Shown one piece after another: positions 51,099 through 60,001 of a stretch of 64,000 bases of DNA. The DNA comes from Methanobacteriota archaeon (lineage in GTDB: Bacteria; Myxococcota; UBA727; JABDBI01). Each line of letters starts with the position of its first letter. Positions within the stretch are counted from its first letter, which is position 1. Under the pieces are notes generated by a model. The model worked only from the letters and a program-made list of their open reading frames with translations, did not search any database and had not been told where the DNA came from. A program made the position numbers and the translations under genes. The stretch is from positions 3,036 through 67,035 of the forward strand of contig JABDBI010000008.1 of the NCBI GenBank assembly GCA_013288705.1. The letters run 5' to 3'.

Positions 51099-52502
51099 TT
51101 ACAGCAGTGCATCCATGACGCTCGCAGCGTCGATCAAGCACACGTGATCGGGTAACTTCATTTTTGGCGGCGAGGGAACAAATAGACCGTAAAGGATCTG
51201 TGCGTTTGGATTGCGATGTATAGGTGGAATGCCTTTAGCGATCAGGCCATTCAAAACGTGTTGAATCGTGGCAGGCTGAACATTTTTGGGAAGAAATTTA
51301 GCCTCGGCGAGCAAGAGCGTTTTGCCATCAAGAGATTCTGCCACAATATCCCATTCGGGCCCTTTTCCGTGCCAAAATCTTCCGGCGGGGCCAAAGTCTA
51401 TGCCACCAAGGCTCGCGCTGAGCGAAGGCACTGCGCTGCGGCATAGTTCTTCCCATGCGCGTCCACACAGCCCTGGAAACCGCTCTTCAAACCATTTTTT
51501 TCGTGGGCCTAGCGGCGACTGTGACAATGTCGACCTTTGTGGGCCTACAGTTTCAAACCAAAATCGCAGAAAAGGATCTTTGATTTTATACAGAGCGCGC
51601 TTGGTTGCATGCTCGGACATATCAAAGGGCACTTCCCGTTCGACCAAGTCAAGTTCCATCAGCTTTGCGAGTGGGCGTGCGAGCGAGGTTGCTGGCAACC
51701 TGAGCCTACTCGCAATTTCGGAAGGCCTACTTGCACCAAGTCCGATAGCGTCGAGAATTGGCCTTACGCTGATGGCCGACGGCGTTTCTTCAAGTAAAAG
51801 CCGGTGCGGCTCCTCATGTAGCGGTCCCATGGCATCCAGCACCAAATTATCTGCTGCGCCGAATAGATCTTGGCCAAAGTCTTCAGCAAGTTCCCAATAC
51901 CGTGGAATTCCCCCCCAAAGTGTATAAGCTTCTACGGCTTTTTGCGCCGTTGACAGCGAGAGAGCAGACTGAATATGGCCTGCCGGTATGGGTGAAAGCT
52001 TGATGAGTTCTTTAGCACGTCCATATAGTGGCGCCGAAGAGTCGAGCACTGCCCCTTGCATCATGCGTTGGCTGGATCCGCAAATAGCAATGATGAGTTT
52101 CGCCGTGGAAGCATCATGATCAATGAAACGCTGCAGAACGCTCGCAAACTCTGGCGAGGTTTCAATCAGATAAGGCAACTCATCAATCACAATGGGCCCG
52201 CGAAAGTTCGCCTGCTTTGCTTGCTTGGCAAGATGCGAAAAAAACACAGTCCAGTGCGGATATTCAACTTGACCAAATCCTGGCAGGCGGGCCTCAAGGG
52301 CTTTTGCAAAGTTGCGTATTTGCAGTGCCATCGCCGATTCATCGGCCACCCAGTAAACGCCATGATGGCGGCGAACCCATTCAAGCAAAAGTCGGGTTTT
52401 ACCGACGCGGCGTCTGCCCCAAATAACGACCAAGCCACCGGATGTTGCTTTCGCAACCCGGTCCAGGCGAGTCAATTCGCGTTCCCGACCAATAAACCTC
52501 AT
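51099..52502 (-). CDS. AAA ATPase-wHTH-DUF234/PD-(D/E)XK protein (archaeal ATPase family)
   Basis: FIGRERE, GRRRVGKT, IDE, GGIPRY, DPFLRFW, EWDIV...AEAK. Confidence 0.88.
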   Translation of the reverse strand: MRFIGRERELTRLDRVAKATSGGLVVIWGRRRVGKTRLLLEWVRRHHGVYWVADESAMALQIRNFAKALEARLPGFGQVEYPHWTVFFSHLAKQAKQANFRGPIVIDELPYLIETSPEFASVLQRFIDHDASTAKLIIAICGSSQRMMQGAVLDSSAPLYGRAKELIKLSPIPAGHIQSALSLSTAQKAVEAYTLWGGIPRYWELAEDFGQDLFGAADNLVLDAMGPLHEEPHRLLLEETPSAISVRPILDAIGLGASRPSEIASRLRLPATSLARPLAKLMELDLVEREVPFDMSEHATKRALYKIKDPFLRFWFETVGPQRSTLSQSPLGPRKKWFEERFPGLCGRAWEELCRSAVPSLSASLGGIDFGPAGRFWHGKGPEWDIVAESLDGKTLLLAEAKFLPKNVQPATIQHVLNGLIAKGIPPIHRNPNAQILYGLFVPSPPKMKLPDHVCLIDAASVMDALL

Positions 52503-52505
52503 TAT

Positions 52506-52561
52506 CTTATTATGCACCAAAACATAATGTTTTCAAGCATAATGTTTCTTTGCATAATAAG
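52506..52561. promoter_or_regulatory. Operator-like inverted repeat upstream of the ATPase gene
   Basis: CTTATTATGCA...TGCATAATAAG perfect outer arms with inner CATAATG repeats. Confidence 0.55.
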
Positions 52562-52807
52562 TGCCAGACCCAAAAATTCGCATCCTGTTACGTGATTCAG
52601 CACGTCAAACTGGCCAACTACGCCCGAAGGATCTCTCTATCATCGCGAAAGATAGCGGTCTTACGCCCGTTGAGCTGGCGTCGGGCGCCTCGGAGCTAAA
52701 AAAAAGCGGTACTTAATTTGCATTGCAAATTGCTTGTGCGGTATTCTTGGCAGTGAAGGATAAAAATTTCCTGCATGCAAGGCGTGCCACACGGAGATGG
52801 AGAGGAT

Positions 52808-54742
52808 ATGAGCAAGATAGTAAGAAGCAATCGGTCGTCTATGCTGGGCGCTGTGGCGCTGATTGGCATGGGCTTGGTTTTTAGTGGCAGTAGTTGCCCC
52901 AACAAGAGTAGTACGTCACCTACACCTACGCAGGGCGCAGAGGGTATTACCTTTCCAGGAACGCTGGCGATAGCCACAATTGGTGCTGGTGGTGCCGGGG
53001 TGCAGTTGCCAACGACAGCGACAGATACCCAAAATAACAACGCATTGCTTCCCATTACTTGGTACGTAGCGCCTGCGCCCAACGGTGCGGCAGTCACCAC
53101 TGGCGGATTATTGACAGCGTCATATATCCCTAACGATACGGCCTGTAATACAACAGAAGCTATTTCTGTTACGGGGTCGGCGACATCTGGCGATGGAACA
53201 CGCACGGCGACTGCAACCTATGCTCTGACGGCAGCCAATACCTGGTGCACGATGGCAGCAGTGGCAGGCGATCCCACGGGGGCCAAAGGGCCTCTGGCTA
53301 CCGGTGTGTTTGCGCTAGCCGCTTCAGGTACAGGTCAGGGTATTGGCGGTACTGCGGGTACTCTGAAATTATATGTTGGAACGGTGAGTGGTCTATCGAC
53401 CTACAATGGAGCTACTGGAACATGGTCGGGTATGACGACTGCTCCGGGTCAGCTCGCTGCAAATGCCATTAATATGAATGGCTTGGCAGTAGATAGCACC
53501 GGGACTGTGTGGGTCGCACCAGCCTCGAAGAACCTTCAGAGCTTCAATGGTGCTGCCTGGACGACGTTCGCCGCCAGCATTCCCAATGCCAACGTGACTG
53601 GTGTTGCGATTGATCCATCGAACAATGTGTACATTGGCACAAGCGCAAGTGCGGCCTATCTTCCCAATACTGCCGCGGCCCCGGCGACTACGACAACCGC
53701 ATTTGTGCCATTGCCGACTGTCACTGCGGGCACCACAGTGATCACATTTGATGCAGCCACACCGGTAGATGCATGGTTTGGAGCCTCAGCGGGCGTGCAG
53801 ATTTTTCCAGTAGGCAGTACCGCCACGAGCACGGCCGTGGCAACTGCAACTTTTGCATCCCCGGCTCTTCTTTTGCCCGGCAGGTTTGGCGGCACTGGTA
53901 CGATTGGTGCCCTTTATCGAGATACAAACAACAATATGTGGGTAGGCCAGCAGTTCACATCTCTCAGCGGTTCGCAAGGGCTGGTGTTGAATGTGTACAC
54001 TCCTCCGACGTCTCGCGCTGCAACGGGTGGCACATGGACAAAACTGCCTGTGATTAATTCAACTACCTCAAGTGGCTCAAACACTGTCAATGGCATTGCT
54101 GTTGATGGAAATGGCAATGCATGGATCGCCACAGCAGGCGGTTTGTATCTGTTTCAGCCGACCACGGCGGGTAATTATTCGGCGGGCACATGGACGTCCT
54201 TCCCAGTAAGCTCGAATGGCCAAGAGGGGCCTGTTGGCGTCGCCATCAACGCAATATGGTACGATTCCGGCGCAAGTACTCTATGGATTGGCACAAACGC
54301 AGGTGGTTTGACTCGCTTGTGGCTGCCTGGATATGTGTATCCTGTAACGGCACCAGCGACAACGACCTTTACATGTGTACCCAGCACAACACCAGCAGCA
54401 GCGACTGCGCAAGCGACCTATTGCGGTACATTCACCGTACCGCAAACCGCTGCTGGCGCAACTTATCCGGCAAATCCCGGGTCGGCTGGATGTATCGGTA
54501 CGCTGCCAACGGGCGCAACGGCGGCCGGCAGCGCGTATACCTTGTGCAGTTGGCTTGCAAACACACCAGCAGCTACCACTACTATTAATAGTGTAGCAGT
54601 AGCCAATGGTGCATGCTCGGCCGTTGCCGCTCCAAATTTTGCTGGGTTATGCGCTAGCGCGACCACTTTGGTGAATGCACAGACAACGCCTACTGGCGCT
54701 GCTTGTGGAACGCTGACCGGGAGCATGTGCATACAACAGTAA
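52808..54742 (+). CDS. Surface lipoprotein: Ig-like domain, two-component-regulator-type beta-propeller, Cys-rich tail
   Basis: RBS GGAGAGGA; signal ending GSSC; repeats D..G.VW+G/T; 8-Cys C-terminus. Confidence 0.75.
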   Translation: MSKIVRSNRSSMLGAVALIGMGLVFSGSSCPNKSSTSPTPTQGAEGITFPGTLAIATIGAGGAGVQLPTTATDTQNNNALLPITWYVAPAPNGAAVTTGGLLTASYIPNDTACNTTEAISVTGSATSGDGTRTATATYALTAANTWCTMAAVAGDPTGAKGPLATGVFALAASGTGQGIGGTAGTLKLYVGTVSGLSTYNGATGTWSGMTTAPGQLAANAINMNGLAVDSTGTVWVAPASKNLQSFNGAAWTTFAASIPNANVTGVAIDPSNNVYIGTSASAAYLPNTAAAPATTTTAFVPLPTVTAGTTVITFDAATPVDAWFGASAGVQIFPVGSTATSTAVATATFASPALLLPGRFGGTGTIGALYRDTNNNMWVGQQFTSLSGSQGLVLNVYTPPTSRAATGGTWTKLPVINSTTSSGSNTVNGIAVDGNGNAWIATAGGLYLFQPTTAGNYSAGTWTSFPVSSNGQEGPVGVAINAIWYDSGASTLWIGTNAGGLTRLWLPGYVYPVTAPATTTFTCVPSTTPAAATAQATYCGTFTVPQTAAGATYPANPGSAGCIGTLPTGATAAGSAYTLCSWLANTPAATTTINSVAVANGACSAVAAPNFAGLCASATTLVNAQTTPTGAACGTLTGSMCIQQ

Positions 54743-54766
54743 GGTATCCATCATAAGGATGCAGAC

Positions 54767-54797
54767 AGCGGGAAGCGTTGGCTTCCCGCTTTTTTTT
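54767..54797 (+). terminator. Intrinsic terminator
   Basis: AGCGGGAAGC-GTTG-GCTTCCCGCT followed by a T-run. Confidence 0.85.
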
Positions 54798-54906
54798 GGC
54801 GTGTGGAGAAAGTGTCATCTGAACTAGACAAAAATCAGTGAAAACTGCAAAGTACAGATGACAGCTCGAGAATTTATGAACCTTCAAGAAGCTGCCCGAA
54901 ATCGAT
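54795..54906. repeat. Repeat arm A, copy 1 (carries relic ATPase C-terminus)
   Basis: About 87% identical to 56772-56882; last 37 bp identical. Confidence 0.9.
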
Positions 54907-54957
54907 AACCTTGTCGAAATAAATTCACTCAGCTTATCATCCGCAATCAACATTTTG

Positions 54958-55790
54958 CTAGAGGTCAAGCTGTTTGATCCGCTCGCCGATGGTTCGGATA
55001 GTCTCCTCCACTTCTGTAAATGGCGGCAAGTCTTCTGGCTGGAAAACGAACGGTTCCATATCAGGGTTGAAAATTCGGCGAATACGGGCCGTAACATCGC
55101 TTGAATTGCTAAACAACGGTGCTGCCGAAAGTTTGAATTTGGACCATTTCTCACGTGTATTAAGCTCTTCATCGTCTCGCCGAATATTTTGTACCCGCGG
55201 ATAAAAATCCGCGCTGCTTAAAAAATTGGCGACGTCAGTTTGGCGAAGGAGCATCGTCAGGTCATAAAAATGGCGAACCCGAGCCCGTGTTTCCTTGATT
55301 GATGCGCTGCCGTCCATCATACTTGCGTAGAAGAGGGAAAGAATTTTCTCAGCGAACGTTATCCTGTAGTCTAAGACATAAACAAAAATAGGCCCCAGTT
55401 CATATTCTTGAATCACGGATATTGATGTATGGTACGTCGAAATTTCCCCTTTTTGTTTGTGACGCCGTCTTGGACCACTTCCTCGAAAGGCGGTTGCGTT
55501 AACAATTTCGCCATTCTTTTTAGAAGTGCTTCTGTTTGAGACTGAGTGCGAGAGTTTTCTGCTACCGCAAGATCAATGTCTTCGGAAAAACGTCGTACGA
55601 TATTGTAAGCTTTGGAAAGAGAAGTTCCGCCCTTAAATATAATCTCCGCGGATTCCTTGGCTTGACTCAAGCGTTTCAGAATGAGGGTTAGCCAATAGTC
55701 TTTTTCGACGTAAACTTCCCTGATGCCCAAATCCTGGGATGTTGCAGCGATGAGCGTCTGAAAGTCCTGGATGTTCTCGTGCAATTTCAA
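54958..55790 (-). pseudogene. abiEii: AbiEii nucleotidyltransferase toxin, split into 55413-55790 and 54958-55416
   Basis: VEKDYW, FKGGTSLSKAY..RRFSEDID in the N-part; EK and RHFYDL in the C-part; frame change at CCGTGATT. Confidence 0.8.
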
Positions 55791-56500
55791 CGTATTCTCC
55801 AAAAGCTTCGATTGGGCAACTGCGCATCTGAAACACCAAATGTGTAAGCAGTCATGGGGTTCAGATCTTTTTTCAACTTCTTCCATTGCGGCAACTGCAG
55901 ATTTTGAAGAAGAGCACCTAAGAGTGCGCGAACCGATGGTCTATATGGCTGTGACAAAGTAGTCAGCCTACTTATTTCGCGCGCACTTAATCTCTGCAGA
56001 GAAGTCTTTAGCCTTTGAAGTGTAACGTCGATGCTACCATTAGGTATGCTCTTGAATAGGCGAAGGGTTTCAAGAATATTGGTGAGGGCTGACTCCTCTG
56101 GTTGTGCATCTTTGCTGCCACCGACGATAAATTTGATGCGCAGAGCGCCAACACGACGCGTTCTGTTTGAACGGCTGCCGAGAATCGTGATTTCGCTTGG
56201 AATTTGCGAGCTCACACCGATATCATTTAAAGCAGAAAAGCCAGCAATGTAGCCCCCTGTTTGCTGAAGTAATTTATCGATGATTTGGCCTTCGGACGGC
56301 ATCAATAATCCGAATTGCGTTTTCTGAGCCACATAGTATTGCCCCTTGGATAGCCTTCTTAAGCCACCAGTTTTGCTGAGCCGGCTTAGGTTGAGAGCTA
56401 CCGCCTGAAAATTACCAAGGTCAGCGAAATCTGTGTAATTGAGGATACTGCCCGCAGGAAATTGCGCTATTTTTTCCTTTACTTGTGAAGCAATAGACAT
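55787..56500 (-). CDS. abiEi: AbiEi-type antitoxin (N-terminal wHTH)
   Basis: LSRL.K.G.LRRL..G.YY, G..ALN..G.S.Q.P; TTGA overlap with the toxin start. Confidence 0.78.
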   Translation of the reverse strand: MSIASQVKEKIAQFPAGSILNYTDFADLGNFQAVALNLSRLSKTGGLRRLSKGQYYVAQKTQFGLLMPSEGQIIDKLLQQTGGYIAGFSALNDIGVSSQIPSEITILGSRSNRTRRVGALRIKFIVGGSKDAQPEESALTNILETLRLFKSIPNGSIDVTLQRLKTSLQRLSAREISRLTTLSQPYRPSVRALLGALLQNLQLPQWKKLKKDLNPMTAYTFGVSDAQLPNRSFWRIR

Positions 56501-56527
56501 GACCACCTCTTTTACCAAGGTAGCATA

Positions 56528-56559
56528 ATGATAAGTTTATCGCAATAAAAACTTATCAT
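56528..56559. promoter_or_regulatory. Inverted-repeat operator upstream of abiEi
   Basis: ATGATAAGTTT-N10-AAACTTATCAT perfect 11-bp arms. Confidence 0.65.
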
Positions 56560-56595
56560 CCATAAATCGACATTTTGCTGTTTTGCAGACGATTA

Positions 56596-56711
56596 TGAAT
56601 GCCGCCCCGATGGGGCTTCAAAATTAGGGAGGCGTCTTACCTGGGGTTCCCGCGCGCCAAAGCGCACGCGTCCACCCCAGGCTATATTTTGTCACGCCCA
56701 AGGCGTTTAGA
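56596..56711. repeat. Repeat arm B, copy 1 (three-hairpin REP/MITE-like element)
   Basis: 111/116 identical to 58416-58531 by eye. Confidence 0.92.
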
Positions 56712-56771
56712 CCTGAAGAAGATCTTCGTCGAGGGGGGTGAAAAAATCTCACCAAATCAAGAAAACATCAA

Positions 56772-56882
56772 TTTGGCGCGCGGAAAAGTGTAATCTGGAC
56801 TAGTTAAAAATTAGGGAAAACTGAAAAGTGCAGGTGACGGTTCGGGAATTTATGAACCTTCAAGAAGCTGCCCGAAATCGAT
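56772..56882. repeat. Repeat arm A, copy 2 (includes the 3' end of the ATPase gene)
   Basis: Matches 54795-54906. Confidence 0.9.
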
Positions 56883-58304
56883 GATAGAGGCAAAAAAATC
56901 CTGTTGCTCAATCTCGTCATCAATGCCATTGACGTGGATCAGGACTGGCCTTACGGAATAAGCTCGCAATTGCTTTAACCGATCAATTTTTGTCTTTATC
57001 TCCTCAATAACCTCTACACCAACAGGTTTTTTGGAAAATTTTATTTCACACACATACAATGTATTAAATTTTGTCTGTATCATGTAGTCAATCTGACAAC
57101 CCTGGCGGTTCGTGGTCGGTCGCTGAAAGTAGGGGTTCTCAGAAACAATCTCTTCAGCACGTAGCCCCAGTGCCTTATGAATTTCTTTGCGATTATTGAG
57201 CACCAGATTTTCGAACTGCAATCCAAAAATTGTTTGCAACTCAGGCAGGCTACTAATCGATTTTATGGAAAAACTATCCCGCGCAATCTTGGTGTGATAT
57301 TTGGCAATATATTTTAAATAAAAACGTAGATAATTATCGCTTAGACGATATTTACTCAACTTCGAGTCATGCCCACTTTCAATGCGCCAGGTGTAATCTC
57401 GTTTAACAAAGCCGGCCAATGCAAGCTCCTCAAGATACTCACTAAATCTTCCCGTTTGCTTAATCTGTAAAGCGTTACAAATCTCCTGTGGCTCTTTCGA
57501 TCCTGACACCAAGGTTTGTACAATTTCTCGATACAGAGCGCTGTCGCGCAAAAATAAATCTGAAAAAATATTATTAAATTCATTCACCAAAAACCCGCCC
57601 TTTTTAAAGCAAAGATTTCTGATGTTTTCTTCGGCACTCAGCCTGAAGTCTACTTCTTCAAGGTACTTTGGCACACCACCCGTAACGGCAAAAATTTTCA
57701 GCTTTTCGTAGGCAGAGATGTGTTTTGCGCTTGCGCCCCAAAAAAGAGCACAGTCGTTGAGCGAAATCTCTTCAAGCGTTAACGTATATGAAATGCGACC
57801 CAAGAATCCCGTACTGCTCAAGATGTTTTTTTCAATCCATGAAGATGCTGAGCCGCACACAATGAAGATGAGTTGGTCATTTTTTTTAAGATGCTGATCC
57901 CAAAAGTTCTTGATCTTCCCAAGAAACGTTGGATCCTCAGATCCCATCCAAGAAATTTCATCAAACAACAACAACACTTTCCCCGATTTTACTTGCTCAC
58001 TCACAGCCCATAATGCGTCGCCCCAATCGTCATAGCGGGCCTTTGGCGTTTTAAATTGTTGTGCCATCTGGAGGGAAAATTCTTCTAACTGATGCTGAGT
58101 TGTCACATGTTTTTCAGGCGCCAGCCCCATAAAGCTGTAAAATGCATCAAACTGCTTGCCAAACTGCTCAATCAGCCGGCTCTTTCCAATACGCCTTCTG
58201 CCCCGCACCACAATAAATGATGCTGACCTTTTTTTGGTAAAACGTTCAAGTTCTGCAAGTTCTTTTTTTCGCCCAATAAACTGATGGGCCCGTTTTTTTG
58301 ACAT
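56850..58304 (-). CDS. AAA ATPase-wHTH-PD-(D/E)XK protein (second, divergent paralogue)
   Basis: FIGRKKE, GRRRIGKS, FDE, GGVPKY, DNYLRFY, QIDY...CEIK; visibly AT-rich. Confidence 0.88.
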   Translation of the reverse strand: MSKKRAHQFIGRKKELAELERFTKKRSASFIVVRGRRRIGKSRLIEQFGKQFDAFYSFMGLAPEKHVTTQHQLEEFSLQMAQQFKTPKARYDDWGDALWAVSEQVKSGKVLLLFDEISWMGSEDPTFLGKIKNFWDQHLKKNDQLIFIVCGSASSWIEKNILSSTGFLGRISYTLTLEEISLNDCALFWGASAKHISAYEKLKIFAVTGGVPKYLEEVDFRLSAEENIRNLCFKKGGFLVNEFNNIFSDLFLRDSALYREIVQTLVSGSKEPQEICNALQIKQTGRFSEYLEELALAGFVKRDYTWRIESGHDSKLSKYRLSDNYLRFYLKYIAKYHTKIARDSFSIKSISSLPELQTIFGLQFENLVLNNRKEIHKALGLRAEEIVSENPYFQRPTTNRQGCQIDYMIQTKFNTLYVCEIKFSKKPVGVEVIEEIKTKIDRLKQLRAYSVRPVLIHVNGIDDEIEQQDFFASIIDFGQLLEGS

Positions 58305-58318
58305 AGTTACCACCCTAT

Positions 58319-58412
58319 TTGGTACTGCAAACAACGATTTTTAATGTTTGCAGTACCAATCTAGCACCTGTCGCTGGTACTGCAAATCACAATTCTTGTT
58401 ATTTTCAGTACC
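58319..58412. promoter_or_regulatory. Two operator-like palindromes upstream of the ATPase gene
   Basis: TTGGTACTGCAAACA-N11-TGTTTGCAGTACCAA and GGTACTGCAAAT-N13-ATTTTCAGTACC. Confidence 0.7.
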
Positions 58413-58415
58413 GGG

Positions 58416-58531
58416 TGAGTGTCGCCCCGATGGGGCTTCAAAATTGAGGAGGCGTTTTACCTGGGGTTCCCGCGCGCCAAAGCGCACGCGTCCACCCCAG
58501 GCTATATTTTGTCACGCCCAAGGCGTTTAGA
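58416..58531. repeat. Repeat arm B, copy 2
   Basis: Matches 56596-56711. Confidence 0.92.
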
Positions 58532-58632
58532 ACGGGTCCCAAATTTGCATAGTGCCCATTGATTAGAATTGCCATTACGATGGAGCGGCCACTTGTTTGC
58601 TTTATAGCAGGCCTCTGTATTACGATTGTTCC

Positions 58633-60000
58633 ATGCGTAATTTCCTGCCACTTATCGCCCTATTAGCGGTGCATCTCGTTGCTTGCTCCACGCCCAGCAC
58701 CGTGTTGGACATCAGTGCGCCTGCGGTGATTGGGACAGGCACCAATTCGTCGGTTTCGGTTGATGTTGCGCAAGCGAAGAGTGCTGTTTTTTTGAACTGG
58801 ACCCAAGTGGACACCACTGGGCCACGTGTGACTTGGCTAGCAAATCAACAGGCGGTGAATCCGACGTTTTCTGTGGCTTCGCTTTCAAACTGTAGCGAAG
58901 AAGAACAGGTTACACTGCAAGTGCAGGCAACCGATGCTTTTGGCAACGTGAATGCCTCACAGGTGACGATCGGAGTGAAGGAACTCTGGTGCACCTACAA
59001 GACTCCGGCAGCGAATATGTTGAGCAACATCGTGACTCGGGTTGCTGCCAATAATGGTGTGATCTGGGTCGGTACGGATTCGGGTCTGAATCGCTTTGAT
59101 GGCATTAACTGGCAAGCATTTACCGAGCAAAGCACAGCGTCGATCGCGGGTGGACTCGCGGCCAATCAGGTACGCGCGCTGGCTGTGACATCAAATGACG
59201 ACGTTTGGGTGGCTGTTTATACACCATCTCGCATTTCGACAATTTTTGACACCGTCACGGGGGTGAATGTCTACCACGATAAAACCAAGACCTGGCAACA
59301 TTTCACCAAGGGCGCCAATGAGCTGAATAGCAATACGGTCTATACGCTGGCTCTTGCAGAGCCGGATATGCTTGTGGGGACGGACACAGGCGTAAGTACA
59401 TTTCAATTGGCGACGACAACATGGAGTAGCTATTCAGTTGTTGATAAGGTTAGAGCGATTACGCGTTCGTTAACAAACCAAGATTGGTTAGGCACCGACG
59501 GTGGTGTTTTCGTCTATTCCGATGGCCAAAAAGTGACGCAATATGACAACACTGCCACCGGTGGAGTGCTCGTTAGAAGTTTAATTACCGGCAGCTTTGA
59601 CTTTCGTGCTGCTATTACAGACGGCCAGGGTAGCATCTGGTTTGGCGAAGGCGCAGGTGTCGCGCGTTATCTAGCCCCACAGCTCCAAGGCGGAATTCTT
59701 CCAACCTGGAAGCTCTTCACGGCAGGCGCCGTCGGCGGTGGCCCTGCCAGTAACGATATTCGCGCATTTGCCCTCGACGGCAACGGCAATCTCTGGATCG
59801 CCACAGGTGGCGGATTGAGCACGTTTTTCATTACCGGAGCCAACAAAGGGCAATGGAATTCCTTTTCATCTGACTTGGTCAATACGCCAAATGGTTTGCA
59901 AACCAACGATGTGCGAGATGTCACCTACGACAGCGAAAATAATTACTTATGGATCGGCACAAATGGCGGCGGACTGACGCGGTATTGGCTTGGGGGATAG
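58633..60000 (+). CDS. Surface lipoprotein: Ig-like domain plus beta-propeller
   Basis: Lipobox LVAC; IWVGTDSGL, LWIATGGGL, LWIGTNGGGL repeats. Confidence 0.8.
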   Translation: MRNFLPLIALLAVHLVACSTPSTVLDISAPAVIGTGTNSSVSVDVAQAKSAVFLNWTQVDTTGPRVTWLANQQAVNPTFSVASLSNCSEEEQVTLQVQATDAFGNVNASQVTIGVKELWCTYKTPAANMLSNIVTRVAANNGVIWVGTDSGLNRFDGINWQAFTEQSTASIAGGLAANQVRALAVTSNDDVWVAVYTPSRISTIFDTVTGVNVYHDKTKTWQHFTKGANELNSNTVYTLALAEPDMLVGTDTGVSTFQLATTTWSSYSVVDKVRAITRSLTNQDWLGTDGGVFVYSDGQKVTQYDNTATGGVLVRSLITGSFDFRAAITDGQGSIWFGEGAGVARYLAPQLQGGILPTWKLFTAGAVGGGPASNDIRAFALDGNGNLWIATGGGLSTFFITGANKGQWNSFSSDLVNTPNGLQTNDVRDVTYDSENNYLWIGTNGGGLTRYWLGG

Positions 60001-60001
60001 C

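Larger units (their letters stand above)
51052..52680. repeat. 39-bp imperfect direct repeat (51052-51090 and 52642-52680) flanking the ATPase cassette
   Basis: ATCGCGGAAGATGGCGGTTTTACGCCTGTTGAGATGGCG vs ATCGCGAAAGATAGCGGTCTTACGCCCGTTGAGCTGGCG (34/39 by eye). Confidence 0.85.

Noticed and set aside
54690..55172. 160-aa minus-strand ORF spanning arm A
   Set aside because: Alternative frame across abiEii, the repeat and a terminator; no protein-like motifs.
56599..56793. 64-aa ORF MPPRWGF... and its twin at 58348-58530
   Set aside because: Translations of repeat arm B and operator DNA, with no independent coding evidence.
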